Positions 18,547 to 27,273 of a stretch of DNA of 64,000 nt are shown here, piece by piece (the first letter of the stretch is position 1; the number at the start of each line of letters is the position of its first letter). The notes under the pieces are model-generated. The model made no database searches and had not been told where the DNA came from. It saw only the letters and a list, made by a program, of their open reading frames with translations. A program made the translations under genes and the position numbers. Origin of the DNA: a virus; the IMG/VR virus record IMGVR_UViG_3300032224_001591, positions 83,249 through 147,248 of that record. One strand, 5' to 3'.

Positions 18547-19653
18547 ATGAAAAAACTTCTTTTAGCACTATTGTGCTTGATCCCTGCGGTAACATTCGCG
18601 CAAACGGGTCCCGCTGCTCCCGGAGCAGGTAATTACCTATTAATTGACACCACTTACACCGTAGGTACGTCAGTAGCAAACCAAACCAAAGCAAAAATCA
18701 CGTACAAAAACTCAACAGGTACGAAAGTAACCGGGGTTCAGTTCCGTGTATTCTATGATAAGGTTGCGTTTAAAACACCATCAGTAGCATTAGTTACAGC
18801 AAATTCAGATTTGAACTTGCAATATGTAAATGATACTACAAATGGTAATATCACTATTACATTAGTGTACATTGGTAGTTCTTCTACTTATACACTACCA
18901 AATGCTGAAACGTTTGAAATTACGTTCAACCACGCTCCAGCAGCAACATTCCAGTATTTAACAGCAATTGATTCGATGAAGTTTACAGGTGCTTTATCTT
19001 ATAGTCAATTAGCATCTAAACAATCAGGTATGGATACTACCTTAAGCTTATATAGCTATGGTGGTTATTTTTACAGACCTAGATTTACTTACACAGCTAC
19101 ATTTACAAACGTAACTGGTACTCCATCTAAAAACATCACTGTATCATTAGAGAAAAAACCTAAAACAAGTGGTGCTTGGACTATCGTTACAACTAAATCA
19201 ACTGGATTAACGGGTACTGTATCTTATGATGAATTCATTGATACTACTTATTGGGCAGTTAGATTAGAAGTTAAAGGCGATACAATATCAACGGGTAATA
19301 TAGTTTCAGTAGCAGATGCTCAAAAAGTAAACCAATTCGTATTAGGCACAGCAACACCAGCAGGATTTGATTTTTATTCATCTGATGTAAATGGTGATAA
19401 TCAAATCTCAATCTCAGATGCTTATGTAATATTTGGTAGAATTGCAGGTAGATTTAATACTTGGGTTAACAACGTTAAAGATATTAAATTCTTTACAGCA
19501 ACCGAATACAATACAATTAACACATCAACAACTAACTTAACAGCAACTACACCAGGAGTAACCAATTTCACATACAATATCGTAGCAGGCCAACCAAACT
19601 CAGTAACATATTACGTGTTAGGTATGGGTGATGCTAATGGAACGGGTATATGA
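18547..19653 (+). CDS. Secreted cohesin-like plus dockerin-like protein (N-terminal part of a possibly single gene)
   Basis: Sec signal peptide, cohesin-like GVQFRVFYD, dockerin-like SDVNGDNQISISDA and GDANG. Ends at a TGA in frame with the next ATG. Confidence 0.7.
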   Translation: MKKLLLALLCLIPAVTFAQTGPAAPGAGNYLLIDTTYTVGTSVANQTKAKITYKNSTGTKVTGVQFRVFYDKVAFKTPSVALVTANSDLNLQYVNDTTNGNITITLVYIGSSSTYTLPNAETFEITFNHAPAATFQYLTAIDSMKFTGALSYSQLASKQSGMDTTLSLYSYGGYFYRPRFTYTATFTNVTGTPSKNITVSLEKKPKTSGAWTIVTTKSTGLTGTVSYDEFIDTTYWAVRLEVKGDTISTGNIVSVADAQKVNQFVLGTATPAGFDFYSSDVNGDNQISISDAYVIFGRIAGRFNTWVNNVKDIKFFTATEYNTINTSTTNLTATTPGVTNFTYNIVAGQPNSVTYYVLGMGDANGTGI

Positions 19654-20439
19654 ATGGCAAGACTGACGCCTATAAAAATTACTAACCCAAACAATAGTGA
19701 CTATATTATAGACGAAACAGTCGAATACTTGGCTAACTTGAATACGATTGAAGTTAGATTGCCATCTTTATCAGTTGATGAAGGTAATTTAGTAAACATA
19801 CCTATAAAGGTTTTTACTAATGGTGAAAGATTAGGAGCATTACAGCTTGCGATGAAATTTGATACAACATTATTAGCATTTAAAGGTGTAATAGCTGAAG
19901 AAAAAGTTGGTAATTGGATGTCATTTGTGAATCCAAATAGCGGAGTGATTGAGTGGGGTGGATATGATGTTACTAATAACGAACACTTATTAAATAATGA
20001 AGAACAAGTTTTAACGCTTCAATTTCAAGCATTAAAACCTAAAGCAAATTGGAATACATCACCGTTGTATGTTACTCGCAAATTTGCGGGTAACAGTACA
20101 GCGACTGACTTAAACATAACCCCAACTGATGGTAGAGTTGAGATTAAAAGAATTAAAAATCCAAACGCGATTCAAGACGATGCTGTAGCAACTATACAAG
20201 TAAGTCCAAATCCAACAACAGGAGAAATAACAGTTCAATTCTCAGTACCTAAAGACGGACAAACAATGGTTGCACTATATGACCAAAATGGAAGAAAAAT
20301 ATATACAGTTGTCGAGGGAAACATGCCTAAGGGTATTTATACGTATAAAGCAAACATTAGTGATTTTAAAGCAGGTATGTACGTAGCTAATTTAAGTACT
20401 AGTGAATATAAAACATATAGTAAATTAATATTAAATTAA
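19654..20439 (+). CDS. Cohesin-like domain plus T9SS type A C-terminal sorting domain
   Basis: VNIPIKV...LGALQLAMKFDTTLL (cohesin-like) and VSPNPT...LYDQNGR...GMYV...SKLILN (T9SS CTD). No signal peptide. Confidence 0.75.
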   Translation: MARLTPIKITNPNNSDYIIDETVEYLANLNTIEVRLPSLSVDEGNLVNIPIKVFTNGERLGALQLAMKFDTTLLAFKGVIAEEKVGNWMSFVNPNSGVIEWGGYDVTNNEHLLNNEEQVLTLQFQALKPKANWNTSPLYVTRKFAGNSTATDLNITPTDGRVEIKRIKNPNAIQDDAVATIQVSPNPTTGEITVQFSVPKDGQTMVALYDQNGRKIYTVVEGNMPKGIYTYKANISDFKAGMYVANLSTSEYKTYSKLILN

Positions 20440-20440
20440 A

Positions 20441-20569
20441 ATGAAAAAATTATTAATATTTATAGTTATAACAATGTTAAGTTCTTGCGTTGTTATGGTA
20501 AAACCAAAATACGGATGTAAAGGTAATTATTTCCACCATCCAATCCATAAAATAAAACACCATTTTTAA
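20441..20569 (+). CDS. Small lipoprotein, 42 aa (not in ORF track)
   Basis: MKKLLIFIVITMLSSC lipobox. Fills the gap between its neighbours exactly. Confidence 0.65.
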   Translation: MKKLLIFIVITMLSSCVVMVKPKYGCKGNYFHHPIHKIKHHF

Positions 20570-20920
20570 ATGAAAAATCCATTTAATAAATTACTAGGAC
20601 AACCAGATCCAGTACAAGTAGAAGATAAAAATCGCTTCTATTACATGTTGCAACAAATGCAAGTTAATCGTTGGAAAATTACAGGTATTGTATTATTCCT
20701 ATTTTTCTTTATCATATTCGGTATTAATATGGCCGTTATGTTTAAATTAGAAATAGCTGAAAATTGGAAAGAAATGTTACTTATATTATTAGGTGCATTC
20801 GTAGGTAACTTAAATAAAGTAGTAGACTACTGGTTTAACTCTGAAGACAGAGATAAAATGCTAATTCAGAAAGTAGACGAAGAAGACGGAGTATCATTAT
20901 CAAACACTTTAAATCCATAA
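20570..20920 (+). CDS. Two-TM membrane protein
   Basis: Hydrophobic segments ITGIVLFLFFFIIFGINMAVMF and MLLILLGAFVG. Confidence 0.7.
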   Translation: MKNPFNKLLGQPDPVQVEDKNRFYYMLQQMQVNRWKITGIVLFLFFFIIFGINMAVMFKLEIAENWKEMLLILLGAFVGNLNKVVDYWFNSEDRDKMLIQKVDEEDGVSLSNTLNP

Positions 20921-20924
20921 TAAA

Positions 20925-21257
20925 ATGTCAGAAGAACAAAATGTAGAGACTAACGACGGAACTTGGTCAGGTCTTAAAAAAACAATCGTTGGTGCAATTT
21001 CAACAGCAGTATTAGCAGGTGGTACTTGGGTTACTACAACATTATTTGGTGGTGGTCACGATAAAGAAGAGACTAAAACTGAACAACCCGCAGCCGCTCC
21101 TGTTATTAATGTTAATTTAGAAAATAACAATACTAACCAACAAAAACAATCAGGTGGAACTACTACAATTATTAAAGAAAAAACTGTAGAAAAAGCAGCT
21201 CCAGCTAAAGAAGAAAAACCAGCTAAAAAATCTGAAACAGAAGACGCTCCATGGTAA
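20925..21257 (+). CDS. Membrane-anchored low-complexity protein
   Basis: One TM segment, then an N/Q/T/K/E-rich tail ending in EDAPW. Confidence 0.7.
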   Translation: MSEEQNVETNDGTWSGLKKTIVGAISTAVLAGGTWVTTTLFGGGHDKEETKTEQPAAAPVINVNLENNNTNQQKQSGGTTTIIKEKTVEKAAPAKEEKPAKKSETEDAPW

Positions 21258-21958
21258 GATTATTAATCATATTATTGTTTTTACCTTTGTTTTCTTGTGC
21301 TCAAATTGGTAGCATAAAAACAGAAAAATTTAAAGCTAAATTTGAAACCGGGATCTCTATAGACTCGGTTTCAAACTATACTGATACTATCAAAGTACCA
21401 ATTCAATTATTAAAAATTGGATTTACTGAAGAATTATATGAAATGTATCCTGAATTAAAGGATAAACGTGTTGGTTTAGGTGTAACAAATATTGTTATTG
21501 AATACCTTGAAATGACTAATCGTTTTGAATTTACAGAAGATAAATTGGAAATTAAAGAAAGAATGATTAACCAATTTAAAGCATCTGCTAAAGGATTTAC
21601 TGAAAACAAATTAGATGGTAAAGGTAAAATTAAACTAGCTAAATATTTCGTTTATATTGAAGTATATGACTTCAGTGTTTCCGAAGACGAAGTTGTAAAA
21701 GTAAAAGGTAAAGCAACAGCAACACAAACTACTCGTTTAGGTTTACAAGTTAAATTTGTAGATGCTGAATCAGGAACTATTATTACAGGTAGTGATATGG
21801 GTGAAGCATCAACTGTAAAAACATCTTCAATCTTAAGCGATGTAGATGAAATTAAATTTAACCAATCTACAATTGGTATTACAACTAAAAAAGCACTTGA
21901 ATCAGCTAGTGCTAATGTTATTGTAAAATTAATTAAAAAAGGAGTATTTAAGTCATAA
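21251..21958 (+). CDS. CsgG/HfaB-like exported protein
   Basis: Signal peptide plus the CsgG-family pattern L...NRF..TE...AKYFV...LQVKFVDAESGTII. Confidence 0.65.
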   Translation: MVRLLIILLFLPLFSCAQIGSIKTEKFKAKFETGISIDSVSNYTDTIKVPIQLLKIGFTEELYEMYPELKDKRVGLGVTNIVIEYLEMTNRFEFTEDKLEIKERMINQFKASAKGFTENKLDGKGKIKLAKYFVYIEVYDFSVSEDEVVKVKGKATATQTTRLGLQVKFVDAESGTIITGSDMGEASTVKTSSILSDVDEIKFNQSTIGITTKKALESASANVIVKLIKKGVFKS

Positions 21959-22278
21959 TGAAAACAAAATTATTTGTACTAGCACTTATTTTAATAGTTG
22001 TAACAAACGCTTATTTTAAATATACTGAGCGTAAGGAAATAATTAAACAAAATGAAGAATTAGTTCAAACCATAAATGCTGTAGAAAAAACAGTTAAAGA
22101 TTATAAAAAAATAGTTACTGAAGTAGAAAATGATCCTTGCTTAACAGAAGGAGCAGCTGCCGCTATTATAGATAGTGCAATTACTGGAAGTGATAGTTAT
22201 ACTGAAACAGGTTACCAAGATCCCTCAATGGTTGTAATAGATTCAGTATTGGCTATAACTTCAAAAGTAAACAAATAA
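21958..22278 (+). CDS. Membrane-anchored coiled-coil protein
   Basis: N-terminal hydrophobic anchor followed by a heptad-rich helix. Confidence 0.65.
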   Translation: MKTKLFVLALILIVVTNAYFKYTERKEIIKQNEELVQTINAVEKTVKDYKKIVTEVENDPCLTEGAAAAIIDSAITGSDSYTETGYQDPSMVVIDSVLAITSKVNK

Positions 22279-23519
22279 TGAAATATTTACTAACCATATT
22301 GTTAGTAATAGTTGGATTGGTTAGCTACGGCCAATCCTTCAACTATGCTTACTTCGATCCGTGTGACGGTAATTTAAAAACAGTAGCTGTTCCTTTAGGA
22401 CAAAATCAAATAGCAGTTACTTACTTTAATCAAGTAAAATCATTTGACTTAATAGATTTAACAAATGGTGTATTTGATACTTGGGTAAAAAATACTTATA
22501 ACACTTATAGAACAACTTCACCTTGTGCTGGTGTAGGTATTACAAATGTAATAACACAATCTCAAGGTACAACTGTTACTTTAACAGGTATAATAAATAC
22601 AGTTGCTAATCTATCATTTCCTAGCCCTAACGCTCCTGATCCTAACGAACCACCAGCAACACCTGATATAGATGTAAGTAGTGATGTTGGAGGTGGAGAA
22701 GGAACTGGAGGTGATATAGGTGGAGGTGGAGACGCAGCAGGCGGAGGATCAGATGTAATGAGTGGAACAAGCAATAGTATTAAATCATCAGACGGAGGAG
22801 GAGATAGCGGAGGAGGAAGTGGAGGTTCATCTGGTGGTGGGAGTAAAAGTGGAGGTGGTAGTAATAAATCATCTTCAAACCAAAAACAAAATGTTTTAAA
22901 ACCAACAGTAATTGGCTCAAGTGATTTAGTGGCTTATAGTTCAGCTGATAAAACTAGAGGTGGTAAAATATCAGGTGGTTATACTTCAACTAGATGGGAT
23001 GGATTAAGAACAAGTGGTTGTTTATTTGATTATTCAACTCAAATACAAGGACCTAACATTACTGGTTTTTATGGTTGGATAGGTAAGAAACGAACTACAT
23101 TATTATCAAACACAGTATCAATTGGATTTGAAGGTAAAGGTTCACTTTACAATTCAGTTGCGTTTGGTCAAGTAGTTAACTGGGCTGGTATTAAATTAGT
23201 TTATATGGCTTCGGCTTCATATGGACATATTTATAAACAGCAACTAATTGGTACTTCAGCGATTGTAGGTGCAATGTATGATTTTAAAATAGCAAAAGTT
23301 ATAGGTGTTAAGTTAACTAGTTTATTAGTTTATTCTCCTTACATGCAATACTATAACGATTTACTTTTAAAATCACCATTAGTAGTATTACCATCAATAG
23401 GTACTAATGTTAGTTTAACTAAAAACTTTAAAATTAATTTGAATTTAGGAGGTGCTTATCAAGTAGGTACTGGTGCTCTAAATTATTCATTTATTATAGG
23501 TTCTAGAATAGCATTATAA
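22278..23519 (+). CDS. Exported protein with a Pro/Gly/Ser linker and a probable C-terminal outer-membrane beta-barrel
   Basis: Signal peptide, long GGS linker, and alternating-hydrophobic strands ending in YSFIIGSRIAL. Confidence 0.6.
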   Translation: MKYLLTILLVIVGLVSYGQSFNYAYFDPCDGNLKTVAVPLGQNQIAVTYFNQVKSFDLIDLTNGVFDTWVKNTYNTYRTTSPCAGVGITNVITQSQGTTVTLTGIINTVANLSFPSPNAPDPNEPPATPDIDVSSDVGGGEGTGGDIGGGGDAAGGGSDVMSGTSNSIKSSDGGGDSGGGSGGSSGGGSKSGGGSNKSSSNQKQNVLKPTVIGSSDLVAYSSADKTRGGKISGGYTSTRWDGLRTSGCLFDYSTQIQGPNITGFYGWIGKKRTTLLSNTVSIGFEGKGSLYNSVAFGQVVNWAGIKLVYMASASYGHIYKQQLIGTSAIVGAMYDFKIAKVIGVKLTSLLVYSPYMQYYNDLLLKSPLVVLPSIGTNVSLTKNFKINLNLGGAYQVGTGALNYSFIIGSRIAL

Positions 23520-24676
23520 TGAAACATTTATTAACTATATTATTCGTTTTATTATCATTTGTAGGTTACAGTCAATTTACTTACAGTGGTTATATTTATA
23601 ATTCAGATGGATCAGGAGCAAATAATGTGCCTGTTAAAGTATATAAACGTACAACCACAACTACATCTACAGGTACTACATCAGTAAGAATATTTAGAAC
23701 ACACGCTGGTAATGGTAGTACAAATCAATATGCTCAGTGGCCACTGAGTAGAGTAGAAATGGATAAATGTTTTAATACCGCTTATACAAATACTACTTTA
23801 TGGTGGAGTGGCAGTTTAGCAGCTACAGCATCTTTAAATTTTAACGCTTATACAACATTAACATCAGCTGGAGCATCAGTACCAGGTGGTGGGGATTATT
23901 ATGCTACTGAAGTTACATTTGTAATTTATCCTAAAGAAACAGGAACATATACTTTTGGATTAACATCAGACGATGGTGGTGATTTATGGTTAGTTGGATA
24001 TGGAAATGTAATTGAATGGTATGGAGGTAAAGGTACAGGTCAATATGTTTATGGTAGTGTTAGTTTAACAGCAGGAACCGCTTATACATTTATAGCTAGA
24101 ATGCAAGAATATGCTGGGGGTGATGGTTTATTAGTTTATTGGAAACGTCCTTCACAAGTGAGTTATTCATTACAAACAGACGAAATAGGACAATCATCAA
24201 CTTCAACTACAGCTTGGGCTTTAGATGCTACTGCTTATACAAATTCGTCAGGATTATATTCAATATCAAGACCAACAGGTACAGGTGTTGAATGGTATTT
24301 ACAATATGATGCTCCAACACCCGTTACAGCGCTCACAAATACTGATATAACAGCAGTAAGTAATATAGTTAATACTAAAACAGCATTTAATGGTATTTAC
24401 TATTACATGTATGATGTAAATGGAGATAACAAAGTAACAATATCAGACGCCTATTATATTAGTGGTAGAAAATGGAATATATTTACTGATTGGATTAGTT
24501 CATTTAAATCAAGATACTTTACTCCAGCGCAATATAATGCTATTAAAGCAACAACATCAAATCTAAAAACAACATATCCAGGTGTAAGTTCAATTACAAC
24601 AAATAGCCCTACATCAGGCGGCACAGCAAACTATTATTTAATCGCACCTGGTTATTCAGGAGCAGTAAGTTACTAA
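23519..24676 (+). CDS. Secreted PA14-domain plus dockerin-like protein
   Basis: Signal peptide, PA14 pattern TGTYTFGLTSDDGGDLW...EYAGGDGLLVYWKRP, and DVNGDNKVTISDA. Confidence 0.75.
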   Translation: MKHLLTILFVLLSFVGYSQFTYSGYIYNSDGSGANNVPVKVYKRTTTTTSTGTTSVRIFRTHAGNGSTNQYAQWPLSRVEMDKCFNTAYTNTTLWWSGSLAATASLNFNAYTTLTSAGASVPGGGDYYATEVTFVIYPKETGTYTFGLTSDDGGDLWLVGYGNVIEWYGGKGTGQYVYGSVSLTAGTAYTFIARMQEYAGGDGLLVYWKRPSQVSYSLQTDEIGQSSTSTTAWALDATAYTNSSGLYSISRPTGTGVEWYLQYDAPTPVTALTNTDITAVSNIVNTKTAFNGIYYYMYDVNGDNKVTISDAYYISGRKWNIFTDWISSFKSRYFTPAQYNAIKATTSNLKTTYPGVSSITTNSPTSGGTANYYLIAPGYSGAVSY

Positions 24677-24678
24677 TT

Positions 24679-25128
24679 ATGAAAAAACTATTATTTTTAT
24701 TGTTATTATTACCTACAATGTCTTTTGCACAAAACTGTATTAAAATTGATTCGGTATGGTGTAATAAAAAAGTTAAACAAATAAGCACAAGAAACGTATT
24801 ATTTGGTATAAAACAAGTAGCCGAAGAAATATTATCTGAAAAATACAATTTATGCGACTCTAATGCTACTTCAGTTAAAATTGAAGTAACTCGTATAGGA
24901 ATGCCATCAAGTACATTTAAAATAGGTGGTGTAGGAGAAGCAACACAAATTACACAAGTCTATATTAAACTTTATTTTGGAGACAAAATCATAGATGGTA
25001 TGGGTGAGTCCGAGACCCGCGCAGGATTCGTCCTTATTGAACTAACAGACGGCAAAGTACCATTTAATAATACAACTATAGGAACGGCTATAAAAAAGGC
25101 GATATTAAACGCTTCTGAAAAACTTTAA
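24679..25128 (+). CDS. Exported protein, short paralog of the CsgG-like protein
   Basis: Signal peptide. MGESET...FNNTTIGTAIKKAI aligns with MGEAST...FNQSTIGITTKKAL of 21251-21958. Confidence 0.6.
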   Translation: MKKLLFLLLLLPTMSFAQNCIKIDSVWCNKKVKQISTRNVLFGIKQVAEEILSEKYNLCDSNATSVKIEVTRIGMPSSTFKIGGVGEATQITQVYIKLYFGDKIIDGMGESETRAGFVLIELTDGKVPFNNTTIGTAIKKAILNASEKL

Positions 25129-25136
25129 TATTTATA
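25129..25136 (+). promoter_or_regulatory. TATTTATA motif (putative late promoter)
   Basis: Directly upstream of the holin/endolysin pair. Confidence 0.55.
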
Positions 25137-25157
25137 ATTAACCAAAAACTAACGAAC

Positions 25158-25406
25158 ATGAATTTTAAACAATGGATCATTGATCTTTTTAAAGATGAAA
25201 GAGGATCAACATCAGTAAAACCAGTAGTAGCCATGATGGGTACTTTATTTTTATGTGTTACAATGACTTTAAACAGTTATTCACATGCAGATTTCGCTCC
25301 ATCTCCAGATTTAGTACAAGCAGTATTAGTAATTACAGCAATTGGAATGGGGGCGGACTCTATTGACAAATTTACACATAAAAAAGAAAATAAAACAGAA
25401 GAATAA
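25158..25406 (+). CDS. Putative holin
   Basis: 82 aa with two TM segments and a charged C-terminus. Overlaps the endolysin start. Confidence 0.6.
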   Translation: MNFKQWIIDLFKDERGSTSVKPVVAMMGTLFLCVTMTLNSYSHADFAPSPDLVQAVLVITAIGMGADSIDKFTHKKENKTEE

Positions 25407-26005
25407 TGGACTTACAAAAATTAAAAGGACACGTTCCGGATGCAGTTATTGAAATGTTACCGGACACAATGGCAAAATTTGAATTAAACACTCCATTACG
25501 TTTAGCACATTTTCTAGCTCAAGCTGGTCACGAAAGTGGTGGTTTTAAAGCTGTAAATGAAAATTTAAACTATGGTGCTAAAGGTTTACGTGGTATTTTT
25601 GGAAAATATTTCCCAACAGATGCTAAAGCATTAGAATATGAGCGCAAACCTGAAAAAATTGCTAACCTAGTTTATGGTAGCCGTATGGGTAATGGTGCAG
25701 AAGCAACAGGTGAAGGATACAAATTCAGAGGCCGTGGTTATATTCAATTAACTGGTAAAGATAATTACGTTGCTTTCGGTAAAGCTATTAACGAAGACTT
25801 AACAGCAAATCCTGATTTAGTAGCAACTAAATATCCATTAGCATCAGCTGCATGGTTTTTTCACAAAAATGGTTTACATAAAATAGCTGACGAAGGTGCT
25901 AACGAAGCAACAGTTACTAAAGTTACGAAACGCGTTAATGGTGGAACAATCGGTTTAGCTGATCGTTTAAAACACTTTAACGAATATTATAAATTATTAG
26001 CATAA
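25406..26005 (+). CDS. Endolysin, glycoside hydrolase family 19
   Basis: AHFLAQAGHESGGF, ENLNY, FRGRGYIQLTGKDNY, TKRVNGG..GLADR. Confidence 0.92.
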   Translation: MDLQKLKGHVPDAVIEMLPDTMAKFELNTPLRLAHFLAQAGHESGGFKAVNENLNYGAKGLRGIFGKYFPTDAKALEYERKPEKIANLVYGSRMGNGAEATGEGYKFRGRGYIQLTGKDNYVAFGKAINEDLTANPDLVATKYPLASAAWFFHKNGLHKIADEGANEATVTKVTKRVNGGTIGLADRLKHFNEYYKLLA

Positions 26006-26008
26006 AAC

Positions 26009-26956
26009 ATGAATGAAATAAGGAAACGAATATTTCCGTTGTTGATAGCACTCTCGGCTTTGTCCGTGAGTGCTTCTGCAGCGTTTTATAGCGTAACAGG
26101 TCTTACTAAACTATTTGCTGGAGCTGCTTTTGCAGTTGGTATAATGGCTGGTTCTTTAGAATTTGCTAAATTAATAATAGCATCTTTACTTTACCAATAT
26201 TGGGATAATATAAATAAGGTTTTAAGAACATACCTAACCATTGCTGCAGGAGTTTTAATATTAATCACTTCAGCTGGTATCTATGGTTTCTTATCTTCAG
26301 CCTATCAAGATACAGCAAATAAAGAAGCAATTGTTGAACAACAAGTAGCTGCTTTAGAAACTAAAAAACAATTATTTGAGCAAAATCGTGATAACTATCT
26401 TACAGAGAAAAAATCACTAACTCAGAATACAGCTCAACTTCGTTCTGCTTTGACAAGTGAAAAACTTAAAGGTAAAAAATCATTTGAAAGACAAATTACA
26501 AGTGCTTCTAAATCAGATGAAAAAGTAACTGCTAAACTAGACATAGTGAATGATTCTATTTTTGCTTTAGAAAATAGAATATTAGAAATCAAAACAGCAA
26601 GCACTACTACTTCAGAACTAGGTCCTTTAAAATATATAAGCAATCTTACAGGACAGCCTATGGATAAAATTATAAATTGGTTTTTACTAATCATAATTTT
26701 TGTTTTTGATCCGTTAGCTATAGCTTTAGTAATAGCTGCTAACTATGCTTTTGCACAAATTAAAAAAGACGATAAAGTTATTGGTGAAGAACCTGAAAAA
26801 GGTATTCCTTTAATGGTAGATCCTGAAACTAATGAATTATTTTATGATGATGGAAATGACGATTCTCAAATAGATTATGAAAATGCGCCGTCTTTTGAAG
26901 AAAGCGGATTAGAACCCAAAGAATATGCGCGAATTTACCGAAAACGCCCATATTAA
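26009..26956 (+). CDS. Multi-TM coiled-coil membrane protein
   Basis: Three N-terminal TMs, a long coiled coil, a further TM (IIFVFDPLAIAL) and an acidic tail. Confidence 0.7.
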   Translation: MNEIRKRIFPLLIALSALSVSASAAFYSVTGLTKLFAGAAFAVGIMAGSLEFAKLIIASLLYQYWDNINKVLRTYLTIAAGVLILITSAGIYGFLSSAYQDTANKEAIVEQQVAALETKKQLFEQNRDNYLTEKKSLTQNTAQLRSALTSEKLKGKKSFERQITSASKSDEKVTAKLDIVNDSIFALENRILEIKTASTTTSELGPLKYISNLTGQPMDKIINWFLLIIIFVFDPLAIALVIAANYAFAQIKKDDKVIGEEPEKGIPLMVDPETNELFYDDGNDDSQIDYENAPSFEESGLEPKEYARIYRKRPY

Positions 26957-27020
26957 TATCATATATAACGCGTTAATTACTAACGCTCTATAAAAATTTT
27001 TAAGAAAAACGCAAAAAAAC

Positions 27021-27049
27021 GTGGCTACCGCAAGGTAGCTTCGTATATT
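27021..27049 (+). promoter_or_regulatory. GTGG-N19-TATATT promoter with an embedded GCAA-loop hairpin
   Basis: Same spacing as the other copies. GCTACC-GCAA-GGTAGC at 27024-27039. Confidence 0.65.
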
Positions 27050-27075
27050 TACGTATAATAAAAAATGAAAAAAAT

Positions 27076-27273
27076 ATGGAAAATCAAGTAAAATTATCAA
27101 TGGTTATCAAATCGCACCTTTCAGATGCTGAATATGAAGTAGAAATATTTCCAGTATTAGCTGCAAAACGTATTAATTTTGTTAAAATGTTATTACACAA
27201 ATACCCGGATACTGATGTAAGAATTAATGAAGATGAGTTAAACAAATTGTGGGAAACATTTGGAAAAGCGTAA
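27076..27273 (+). CDS. Hypothetical protein
   Basis: 65-aa ORF lying between two promoter motifs. Confidence 0.65.
   Translation: MENQVKLSMVIKSHLSDAEYEVEIFPVLAAKRINFVKMLLHKYPDTDVRINEDELNKLWETFGKA

Noticed and set aside
19651-19653. Genome-wide TGA or TAG stop-codon reassignment
   Set aside because: Conserved genes are full length in the standard code. TGA (in ATGA overlaps) and TAG (e.g. groEL, queE) act as true stops.
26957-27075. Longest intergenic gap as a possible tRNA or ncRNA
   Set aside because: No cloverleaf or T-loop motif. It is largely explained by a promoter and a small hairpin.
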